Of a DNA stretch of 32,355 nucleotides, positions 25,114-32,355 are shown in pieces; position 1 is the first letter of the stretch, and each line of letters opens with the position of its first letter. This DNA is from Bacteroidota bacterium (GTDB lineage: Bacteria > Bacteroidota > Bacteroidia > Bacteroidales > VadinHA17). Made by a program: the position numbers and the translations under genes. Below the pieces are notes generated by a model that did no database searches, had not been told where the DNA came from, and was given only the letters and a program-made list of their open reading frames with translations. Location: assembly GCA_030593185.1 (NCBI GenBank), contig JAUVHQ010000001.1:1-32355 (forward strand), in the 5' to 3' direction.

Positions 25114-26481
25114 TTATGATAGTTTTTCAATTAGCTCTTCAAGTGTAATTAGCTCCTGATCCCCGGTTTTCATGTTTTTCAAGGTAATTAACCCGTTTTT
25201 CATTTCATCTTCCCCAACTAAAGCAACATATTCTACATTCTTTTGGTTGGCATAATTCATCTGCTTTTTTATTTTTACCTTATCGGGAAACAATTCAGCT
25301 CTGATTTCTGATTTGCGTATTTCAGCTAATAGTGAAAGACAGTGTATCTCTTCCTTTTCTCCAAAATTCACAAACATAAGGGTTGTTGTAGAGGTAATAT
25401 CTTCAGGGAACTTATCTTTTTTCTCCATCACATCATAAATACGATCGGCTCCAAAACTTACACCAACACCTGAAACATCATTCAGTCCAAAAATTCCTGT
25501 CAGGTCATCATATCTTCCCCCACCACACAAGCTGCCAATCTTCATTTCAATTGAGTTTGCTTCAATAATTGTTCCGGTATAATAGTCCAATCCCCTTGCA
25601 AGAGTTAAGTCAAAAACCGGATTAACTTCGAGGTCAAGGGTTTTAAGATAGTCAAACAATCTTTTCATCTTATCCACCCCTTTTCTGCCAATTCTGGAGC
25701 GTAAAAGGATTTTATTTTCTAATTTATTGAGTTTTTCCTCAACAGAACCAGTAAGACCAAGTATGGGTTGTAATTCACGGATAGCTTTTTCTGAAATACC
25801 TTTCACCGCCATCTCTTCATTCACTTTATGAGCTCCAATTTTATCATGTTTATCAATTGCAATAGTAATTGGTATAATTTTATCTGCTTCACCAATCACT
25901 TCAGCAATTCCAAAAAGAATTCTCCTGTCATTTATCCTGATTATTATTCTTATGCCCAAATTTTTAAATATCTCGTCAATAATCTGGATCTGTTCAACCT
26001 CATTTAAGAGAGAATTACTGCCAATCACATCAACATCACATTGAAAAAATTCTCTATAGCGTCCTTTCTGTGGTTTGTCTGCTCTCCAAACAGGTTGTAT
26101 CTGATATCGTTTAAATGGAAATGTGATCTCGTTCAGATGCTGAACAACAAATCTCGCAAACGGAACTGTCAGGTCGTATCTAAGACCTTTATCAGACAAA
26201 GAGGTTTTAAGTTTATTTACATTCCTTTCAAGAATTTCATCATCTGAAACATCTGCAAGATAATTTCCCGAATTCAATATCCTGAAAAGTAACCGGTCTC
26301 CTTCCTCTCCGTATTTACCTGTGAGGGTAGATGCCTGCTCCATAGCAGGAGTTTCAATCGGGAGGTATCCGAAACGCTCGAAAACGGTACGGATAGTTTT
26401 AAAAATATAGTTTCTTTTAACCATCTCCCCGGGTAAAAAGTCACGGGTTCCTTTTGGTATTGAAGCTTCATTTTTTGCCAT
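25114..26481 (-). CDS. hisS: histidine--tRNA ligase
   Basis: The 455-aa product has class II motifs ([46 protein letters not shown]) and a C-terminal anticodon-binding domain. Confidence 0.95.
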   Translation of the reverse strand: MAKNEASIPKGTRDFLPGEMVKRNYIFKTIRTVFERFGYLPIETPAMEQASTLTGKYGEEGDRLLFRILNSGNYLADVSDDEILERNVNKLKTSLSDKGLRYDLTVPFARFVVQHLNEITFPFKRYQIQPVWRADKPQKGRYREFFQCDVDVIGSNSLLNEVEQIQIIDEIFKNLGIRIIIRINDRRILFGIAEVIGEADKIIPITIAIDKHDKIGAHKVNEEMAVKGISEKAIRELQPILGLTGSVEEKLNKLENKILLRSRIGRKGVDKMKRLFDYLKTLDLEVNPVFDLTLARGLDYYTGTIIEANSIEMKIGSLCGGGRYDDLTGIFGLNDVSGVGVSFGADRIYDVMEKKDKFPEDITSTTTLMFVNFGEKEEIHCLSLLAEIRKSEIRAELFPDKVKIKKQMNYANQKNVEYVALVGEDEMKNGLITLKNMKTGDQELITLEELIEKLS

Positions 26482-26502
26482 CAGGCGAATTTTTTAAGTA
26501 TA

Positions 26503-26510
26503 CAAAGATA
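26503..26510 (-). promoter_or_regulatory. candidate -7 box TATCTTTG for hisS
   Basis: The forward sequence caaagata is TATCTTTG on the minus strand, 21 nt upstream of the hisS ATG (26481). No -33 element lies at the proper spacing. Confidence 0.3.
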
Positions 26511-26564
26511 GAAAAGAAACACTTTCTTTAAAAATGATACTATCTCAAAGTAATATTAACTATT

Positions 26565-26676
26565 CAGTGCTTAAAGTTTGGAATACCTAAGTGACTAAAT
26601 AAAGAAGTGCCTAAAGTGTCTAAAGTTATAATTTCTACTCTTCTCAACTTTAGTTCACTTTTAACTTCTTTACTTC
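26565..26676. repeat. agtgcctaa-family word array with complementary arm (imperfect long hairpin) abutting a stop codon
   Basis: Positions 26565-26632 read cagtgcttaaagtttggaatacctaagtgactaaataaagaagtgcctaaagtgtctaaagtt. Positions 26645-26676 read caactttagttcacttttaacttctttacttc and are roughly the reverse complement of that array. The right arm runs into the stop of the gene at 26675-27532. Confidence 0.75.
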
Positions 26677-27532
26677 AAAACCTGCATAACCTTTTTAAGT
26701 CCCTTGAAAGTAAACCATTAGGTCTTTTTGGATTAATTGTATGGTAGTTATAAAAATACATTCGTGAATCATCAGCACCAAAAAGCATTTTGTAGCAACG
26801 ACCTACATTTTCTGAAATACCCGGTCCTACACTATGCAATACTACAATATTCTCGTATTTTCCCTTTATAGCCTGTTCAATTTCATCCCCAGACACAATA
26901 TTCACTTTATAGGGATAATACTCAGTAATTTTTTCAATAGTATTTATTTCCGGGCTAAGATCATTCTCTTGCACAAAAATTGTTTTATTCTCTAACATTG
27001 GAATATTTTTATTGTAATATGTAAGATTTTCAAGTGATTCTATATCTGGATTTTCTTTTATCTCAGCTACCCGTTTCTGAATAAACTGAATAATAAGGGG
27101 CAGATAATATCCATATTCTTCTTCCTCTTCACTAATTACATAGAGAGGTATTGAACAAAACTCAGGCATTCCTGCAATAGCTTTAGTTTTAGCTCCCAAT
27201 AACAAATTAAGAAAAACCCACTGTGCATTGGATTTATCTTTCTGAAAGCTTGTTTGAATAGGAACAAGGAAAGAGTATTGTTCATCCCTTCTTTTTTCAT
27301 TAAACTCTTTTGCTGTTACAAATTCGAATTCTGTTATATCCCAAAATTCGTTAACCACTGTTTTAATATGACTATTAAAAGAAGAAAACATATTGTCTTC
27401 AAGAACCACCAGGGTTTTTGTATTCATTAATTTCCCGGCATCCCGGGGGGTTGGAAAAGTAATCTGGGAAAAAGCATTATTAAGACCTATTAATGCAAAG
27501 CAAATACTTAATATCATTGTTTTCATGAGCAT
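26675..27532 (-). CDS. secreted hypothetical protein
   Basis: The 285-aa product has a signal peptide (MLMKTMILSICFALIGLNNAFSQ). I recognise no motif. Confidence 0.6.
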   Translation of the reverse strand: MLMKTMILSICFALIGLNNAFSQITFPTPRDAGKLMNTKTLVVLEDNMFSSFNSHIKTVVNEFWDITEFEFVTAKEFNEKRRDEQYSFLVPIQTSFQKDKSNAQWVFLNLLLGAKTKAIAGMPEFCSIPLYVISEEEEEYGYYLPLIIQFIQKRVAEIKENPDIESLENLTYYNKNIPMLENKTIFVQENDLSPEINTIEKITEYYPYKVNIVSGDEIEQAIKGKYENIVVLHSVGPGISENVGRCYKMLFGADDSRMYFYNYHTINPKRPNGLLSRDLKRLCRF

Positions 27533-27575
27533 ACAGTTTTTTACAGGTTAAAATATCGGTGAATTTTTTTTTGTG

Positions 27576-27583
27576 CAAATATA
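27576..27583 (-). promoter_or_regulatory. candidate -7 box TATATTTG(CA)
   Basis: The forward sequence tgcaaatata at 27574-27583 is TATATTTGCA on the minus strand, 43 nt upstream of the ATG at 27532. Confidence 0.35.
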
Positions 27584-27624
27584 TAATTAGAGCCCGTCTT
27601 TAAAGTCCGAAAATTTAAATAAAA

Positions 27625-27918
27625 AGTAAAAATTACAAATGACATGCACCAAAACACAACTGAACGAAGTGACCTCATGAACACCTTTAAAATTAATTAT
27701 TTTGTGAATAAATAAATCGCAATGACTCAAATCACAATATTCAAAGCTGTTTCGGTCACCCGCCTGCCCAAAGTGCCTTTGGTACGGCGGGTAGGTTTGA
27801 TAATTGATATTTGGTCCCGAAAGCTTTCGGGATGTTATTTGTTATTTGCCTGCCCCGTAGGGAAGTTTACCCTGTGAAATTGCAAAGCAGTATTTAACAG
27901 GGCATGACCGTACGGGGG
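27625..27918. repeat. locus 2 of the composite hairpin-rich element (possible structured RNA or REP/MITE-like repeat)
   Basis: It opens with agtaaaaattacaaat..caccaaaa, as at locus 1. The 45-mer at 27728-27772 is identical to 6350-6394. Three structures follow: a nested hairpin at 27758-27792 (acccgcc tgc ccaaag tgc ctttgg tac ggcgggt), a perfect 18-nt palindrome tcccgaaagctttcggga at 27815-27832, and a nested hairpin at 27853-27917 (ccccgta...ccctgtgaaat..atttaacaggg...tacgggg). Confidence 0.8.
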
Positions 27919-27975
27919 CGCTTTTAATTTGAAAAACTTCTACTTTATAGACAGACACTAAGTTATATCCTTTTT

Positions 27976-28662
27976 CTATTTAACTGGTAAATAGATAGGG
28001 TTTCTTTTATTAAACTTCCTGATGTACATAAATTTCAGTTGTTTTCTTTTTCTTCTGCCAAGCTTTATGTATTCATCATGAAGTTCAGCATCACGCATAA
28101 GGGCCAGACCAACATTTGAATAATTGTAATCCATTACCTTACCACTCTCAAAATCGAGCATATACTGGCGAAGCTCTGTTTTAGAATAAGTGGACCTCCG
28201 TGAGGGATAGTGAAAATAATCATAATAATAGTTGCGATAAAAATACGGATCATAATATCGTGTTTCATAAGTTTTAATAAAAGCCACAAAATGACATATT
28301 CCTCCAACAATTGTAATACGATGAAAACCATCTTTTAATTGAATATAAAGCACTCCATTTCGTGAATAGCCCCATATATTGTCCTTCTTCACCTCATTTC
28401 GCATTCCATATTTATCATAATAGTAAATAACATCTTTATCCAATACTTCCTTAAAGAATTCGCTATCATTAAAATCCACTGCTGTAAGTATTGTGGCTTT
28501 AGGAATAGGATTATTATTACGTACCTGATCAAAATCAAAAAAGATACCTTCAGTAAATTTAAAATCAGGTGTAAATTCAGCTATATTCTCTTCATTCTGG
28601 CTGTAAAGAACAGTTGAAATAAGCACTATAATCCCAATCATATTAATCACTAACCTATACAT
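27976..28662 (-). CDS. hypothetical protein with N-terminal signal anchor, Tyr-rich
   Basis: I prefer the start at the internal Met at 28662 (MYRLVINMIGIIVLISTVLYSQ). The 17-codon extension to 28713 overlaps a tcccgaaaatcggga hairpin. There is a Tyr-rich segment (YYDPYFYRNYYYDYFHYP) but no recognisable domain. Confidence 0.55.
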   Translation of the reverse strand: MYRLVINMIGIIVLISTVLYSQNEENIAEFTPDFKFTEGIFFDFDQVRNNNPIPKATILTAVDFNDSEFFKEVLDKDVIYYYDKYGMRNEVKKDNIWGYSRNGVLYIQLKDGFHRITIVGGICHFVAFIKTYETRYYDPYFYRNYYYDYFHYPSRRSTYSKTELRQYMLDFESGKVMDYNYSNVGLALMRDAELHDEYIKLGRRKRKQLKFMYIRKFNKRNPIYLPVK

Positions 28663-28800
28663 ATTATAATTGTATCGGAATTTACTCACTTCGTTTCCCG
28701 AAAATCGGGACAAGCTATGAGATCGTCACGCTTGCAGCGTGACTAAGTTCAATGTTTATGGCTTGAAAATGTCTAATTTCATTATACTTTGCATTTTTAA

Positions 28801-28947
28801 GTCGACAATCTTCAGTCGGCAGTTGGCAATCTGAAGACTGGGCTATTTATATTTTTCAGGATTTTGAATCATGTGATTAAATATGTGTTATAATTGTTTG
28901 ATTGTTATTTACTTTTTTGCGGACTGCCGACTGTGGACTGCTGACTA
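28801..28947. repeat. inverted pair of cagtcgg-family heptamer arrays bracketing a 77-bp AT-rich core
   Basis: The left arm at 28801-28841 reads gtcgaca atcttca gtcggca gttggca atctgaa gactgg. The right arm at 28919-28947 reads gc ggactgc cgactgt ggactgc tgacta and is the reverse complement of the same word. This word family also occurs at 8671-8789. Confidence 0.85.
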
Positions 28948-29149
28948 TTTACTAATTATTTATAAAACCTGAAAATTAAGATTTTTTTTAATCAATTTGT
29001 GAAACTTTGTTCTTCTTCTCTAACAACACAAATAACAAATTTAGTATTTTTCATTTTGTAATAAAATCAATTATTACAATTGGAGTATTTATTATTTTTT
29101 AGTATTTTTATTTTTTGAGATAAAATCCGGCAAAATCGAGCGAAAGATT

Positions 29150-30823
29150 ATGTATCTATTTGACATCATATACAATTTTTTTTCTAAGAATAATGACAAA
29201 GGAAAAACATCTGTCAACAGAGACACCTACTTTTTGATTAATATTATCTCGTACATTATAATTTTCTTGTTGATAATTTTTGGGTTAATTAAAGTATTTG
29301 ATGGGGATTGGCTTGAGGTTTCTATTAATTTTTCCCTTGCATTGTTTATTTTCGTTCTTCATCAAATTTTTTACCGCATGAAAAAAACCTTGTTCTTTTC
29401 CTATATTCTTTTTGTTGTTATCAATATTTTTCTTTTCTATCTTCTTTTCACTTTAAAAACGCCCAGGATATTAATTTGGTTTACGCTTATACCCCCTTTA
29501 ACAATACTATTGTTTGGAAGGAAGCGAGGGGGTATACTTGCAGGAGGGTTGTTTGTGCTGTTTGTTTTTATATTCTTTATTCCAATTACTTCTATAACAA
29601 CTGTTTTTGATTTAAAAATCAAACTAACCTATATAGCTACACATTTTTTACTGTTTGTACTGAGCTATTTCTTCAATACTATATATGAGCGAAACTTAAA
29701 AGATCTTAAAAAAACGAAGGAAGAAGCCGTTAAAGCAAATATTACCAAGGATTATTTCATCTCTAAAATATCACATCAACTCCGGACTCCCCTTTACAAT
29801 ATTGTTGCTCTTGAAAAAATGATAAGTGACCTGAACCCGACAAACAAACATATAGAATTACTGGACACCCTTATCGCTTCTACGAATAACATTGTTGATG
29901 TTGTCAATAACATTGCCCACTTACCGGGTATTGATATTAGCTATAAAGAGAGAAAAAAAATAAAATTTGATCTTTTTTCAACCCTTTCAAATATATTAGA
30001 TTCGTTCCCATCTGAAACAAAAAAGGATGTTGATTTTCATGTTAATGAATTCAAAAATTTCAATCAGGAAATAATTGGTGATCCGGTTCTGGTAAAACAA
30101 CTCTTATTAAATATTCTTGAAAATATAATACCTTTTAAGACAGACAAGAAACCACAAATAACTATTTCCGTTACAAATCAAAAAGAGACATCGGATAATA
30201 TTGTATTGGTTTTCACTATTGAAACTAACCGGATAACCACATACAAAGATATCACTGATAATGAATTGCCTGATGATAAACAGGATGAACAACTAGTTGA
30301 TCTCTCAATTTCTGAGAAACTACTTAGAACACTTGGAAGGAAATTGGAATATAAAAAATTAAAAGAAAAATCCCGTTTTATATTCTCACTCGAATTTGAA
30401 AAGGTAGTTTATAAAAAAGTTGCTGCTGTAAGAAAAGAAAAAGTTAGCCTGATTAATTCAAATGTCCTGATAGTTGAAGATAATGAAATAAACCAGCAGA
30501 TAATGAAACTAAGCCTGATTAAGCTGGTAAAAAATGTTGATGTTGCAAAGAATGGAAAAATAGCTCTCGACATGTTTGGACTCAACCGATATGATCTCAT
30601 TCTGATGGATATTCAAATGCCCGTTATGAATGGAATTACAGCAACAAAAAAAATCCGTGAAATTGAGAAAAGCATCAACACGCATACTCCGATAATAGCA
30701 ATTACTGCAAACGCAATGCTTGGCGATAAAGAGACATGTCTTTCAGCCGGTATTGACGACTATTTAAGTAAACCTTACCAAATGGAAGACCTTATTAGCA
30801 AAATGAATAATCTTTTATTTTGA
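29150..30823 (+). CDS. hybrid sensor histidine kinase / response regulator with degenerate ATP-binding domain
   Basis: The 557-aa product has about 6 N-terminal TM helices. The HisKA H-box reads FISKISHQLRTPL, with Gln where Glu/Asp is usual after the His. The HATPase-like region keeps LLLNILENIIPF but shows no DxGxG (G1) or GxGxGL (G2) boxes. The receiver domain is intact (VLIVEDNEIN, LILMDIQMP, IIAITAN, LSKP). Confidence 0.8.
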   Translation: MYLFDIIYNFFSKNNDKGKTSVNRDTYFLINIISYIIIFLLIIFGLIKVFDGDWLEVSINFSLALFIFVLHQIFYRMKKTLFFSYILFVVINIFLFYLLFTLKTPRILIWFTLIPPLTILLFGRKRGGILAGGLFVLFVFIFFIPITSITTVFDLKIKLTYIATHFLLFVLSYFFNTIYERNLKDLKKTKEEAVKANITKDYFISKISHQLRTPLYNIVALEKMISDLNPTNKHIELLDTLIASTNNIVDVVNNIAHLPGIDISYKERKKIKFDLFSTLSNILDSFPSETKKDVDFHVNEFKNFNQEIIGDPVLVKQLLLNILENIIPFKTDKKPQITISVTNQKETSDNIVLVFTIETNRITTYKDITDNELPDDKQDEQLVDLSISEKLLRTLGRKLEYKKLKEKSRFIFSLEFEKVVYKKVAAVRKEKVSLINSNVLIVEDNEINQQIMKLSLIKLVKNVDVAKNGKIALDMFGLNRYDLILMDIQMPVMNGITATKKIREIEKSINTHTPIIAITANAMLGDKETCLSAGIDDYLSKPYQMEDLISKMNNLLF

Positions 30824-30825
30824 CA

Positions 30826-32070
30826 TTAAACAGGTCTGATCCCAATCACAAGAATATCATCAACCTGATCGTACTTATCCCCTTTCCAGGTTTCGATACT
30901 TTTTTCAAGAAAATCTTTTTGTTCCTGTAATGGTAATTTATGGATAGTGAGTAGCATATGCCGGAAACGTCTGTACATAAATTTTTTCCCGTTTGGACCA
31001 CCAAACTGATCAGGATATCCATCTGAAAACAAATATATCATATCACCCTTTTTGATAGAAACAGAATGATTAGTGTACTCATTTTGTTTATTCAATTGGT
31101 GTTTTAATCCAATAGAAAAGCGATCGGCTATGGTTTCGATCAGTTTGTTATCCCTGATCAAATACAAAGGATTGAAAGCTCCCGCGTATTCAAGTTGTTT
31201 TTTATCGCGGTCAAAAGCACAAAACGCAAGGTCCATCCCATCCTTTAACAAATAGTCTTCCTCATCTCTGTGAAAAGTGTTTTCAATTCCCATACTAAGA
31301 ATGTTCAATATTTCAGATGGTTTTTCAATACCCTGAACTTTAATAATATTTTCCAGTATCTTAAATCCTATCAACGACATAAAGGCACCCGGCACGCCAT
31401 GTCCGGTACAATCCACAGCAGACACAAAAACCTTATTGTTCCTTTCAGTAATCCAGTAAAAATCACCACTTACAATATCTTTAGGTTTAAATAATATAAA
31501 TGAATCAGGAATAAGTTTTTTGAACATAACGTCTGAAGGCAACAGAGCTTCCTGTATTTTTTTTGCATATTGAATACTGGATGTAATGTTTTTATTCTTT
31601 ATAGCCAATTCCTGTCTTTGTTTTTCTACTTCTCTTGAAGCTATATCTTTTTCAATTAATATCTGATTGGCTTTACGCAGACTCTTGGTTCGATATTGAA
31701 CAAGAAAATAAATCAGGAAAATAATGATAATTCCGTAAATAAAATATGCAATACCGGTTTGCCAAACAGGTGTTTTTACCTCCATTCTATTGATGTGATT
31801 TGATGATTTGGACGAGCTGTCTTGCTTATTATGCCTGAAAATTTCAAGACTATATTCATCAAACTTATTCAGACCATTTCGTGTTCCAATCCACGAAAAC
31901 CCTCTGGTATTCTGATAAATACAAGTTTGTTGTAATTGAAAAAGCCCATCTTCCTGTGTATATAACCTTACATTCAGATTATCAATGTCACTTGAAGGTG
32001 CCGGATTGAAATTAGTAACACCTAGTGACAATAAAACAAACCCTATGTTCAATATCCAGAATCTTGGCAT
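30826..32070 (-). CDS. membrane-anchored PP2C/SpoIIE-family serine phosphatase with a single Reg_prop-like repeat
   Basis: The 414-aa product has a signal or anchor sequence and one two-component-regulator-propeller-like repeat (QNTRGFSWIGTRNGLNKFDE). A TM helix (WQTGIAYFIYGIIIIFLIYFLVQY) and a coiled coil follow. The PP2C/SpoIIE motifs are SGDFYW, VDCTGHGVPGAFMSLIG, DGMDLAF, LFSDGYPDQFG and DDILVIGIR. Confidence 0.8.
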   Translation of the reverse strand: MPRFWILNIGFVLLSLGVTNFNPAPSSDIDNLNVRLYTQEDGLFQLQQTCIYQNTRGFSWIGTRNGLNKFDEYSLEIFRHNKQDSSSKSSNHINRMEVKTPVWQTGIAYFIYGIIIIFLIYFLVQYRTKSLRKANQILIEKDIASREVEKQRQELAIKNKNITSSIQYAKKIQEALLPSDVMFKKLIPDSFILFKPKDIVSGDFYWITERNNKVFVSAVDCTGHGVPGAFMSLIGFKILENIIKVQGIEKPSEILNILSMGIENTFHRDEEDYLLKDGMDLAFCAFDRDKKQLEYAGAFNPLYLIRDNKLIETIADRFSIGLKHQLNKQNEYTNHSVSIKKGDMIYLFSDGYPDQFGGPNGKKFMYRRFRHMLLTIHKLPLQEQKDFLEKSIETWKGDKYDQVDDILVIGIRPV

Positions 32071-32168
32071 ACTTTTAAGGTATAGTTTATTTGTTAACCT
32101 GTCAATTATTTTTTCTGCCTAATTCATTTAACTGTAGCTAACCCGGTTTTATAAAAGCAACTTCAATA

Positions 32169-32355
32169 TTATTTTTCTTTCACGCTTGCACCTTCGGAAA
32201 AAATCATTTGTTTGAATTTTTTTGAAGGAGAATGAATAAAATCACCCAATTCCAGAGCATTCCATTTTTCATCAATATCTTTTATCGTTGTATCATCAGA
32301 AACAATTACATTTGGCCAATCTCTCTTAAACTGATTAAGTTTAGACTTTCTGGTT
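32169..32355 (-). CDS. C-terminal fragment of an unidentified protein (continues beyond window end)
   Basis: I translated the minus-strand frame from 32354: TRKSKLNQFKRDWPNVIVSDDTTIKDIDEKWNALELGDFIHSPSKKFKQMIFSEGASVKEK*. The stop TAA is at 32169-32171. The frame is open for 61 codons to the window edge. I recognise no family. Confidence 0.35.
   Translation of the reverse strand, partial: TRKSKLNQFKRDWPNVIVSDDTTIKDIDEKWNALELGDFIHSPSKKFKQMIFSEGASVKEK

Noticed and set aside
23401-26481. Functional link between the HAL-family lyase and the neighbouring hisS (both histidine-related).
   Set aside because: The genes are separated by 189 bp containing hairpins (24994-25034, 25046-25064), and I know of no regulatory logic linking them. 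The adjacency is most simply coincidental.
323-28947. Possibility that the short tandem repeat arrays are CRISPR arrays.
   Set aside because: The units are 7-16 nt, directly abutting or degenerate, with no unique spacers of 25-40 nt, and there are no cas genes in the window.
1-32355. Search for tRNA, rRNA, tmRNA, RNase P RNA, SRP RNA, riboswitches, integrases, transposases, toxin-antitoxin pairs or defence genes.
   Set aside because: I recognised no characteristic conserved sequences or protein motifs by eye. The structured spacers do not match any RNA family I can recall. This is absence of recognition, not proof of absence, and needs Rfam or tRNAscan confirmation.

Overview
AT-rich Bacteroidota-type chromosomal segment. 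Supporting signs are the ssb-gldE-gldD gene order, a T9SS C-terminal sorting domain, TAnnTTTG -7 boxes and very short leaders. It carries about 29 mostly housekeeping or envelope genes. On the plus strand: EamA transporter, lnt, ssb, gldE, gldD, an Sfp-type PPTase, a GGGP-synthase homologue, a VWA protein, an ECF sigma cluster and a hybrid sensor kinase. On the minus strand: DsbD-family reductase, RNase G/E, an unannotated 30-aa basic protein, HU, two TPR-like proteins, an ENPP-type phosphodiesterase, an M14 carboxypeptidase, ychF, a HAL-family lyase, hisS, two hypotheticals and a PP2C phosphatase. I see no rRNA, tRNA, CRISPR array, transposase, integrase, phage gene or recognisable defence cassette, so I cannot point to a novel protein-coding system. 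The unusual content is non-coding. Almost every spacer longer than about 150 bp is filled with degenerate tandem 'word' repeats with units of 7, 8, 9, 12 or 16 nt, and the same words recur at unlinked loci, often as inverted pairs. Two longer repeat families are present in two copies each: a roughly 200-bp element with a 123-nt long-hairpin core, and a composite hairpin-rich element sharing an identical 45-mer. There is also a 1.1-kb ORF-free convergent spacer. Secondary protein-level oddities are a hybrid histidine kinase whose ATP-binding boxes look degenerate, a PP2C phosphatase with a minimal sensor stub, a tightly coupled PPTase-GGGPS pair and an orphan HAL-family lyase. All homology calls come from motif recognition by eye, with no searches run.
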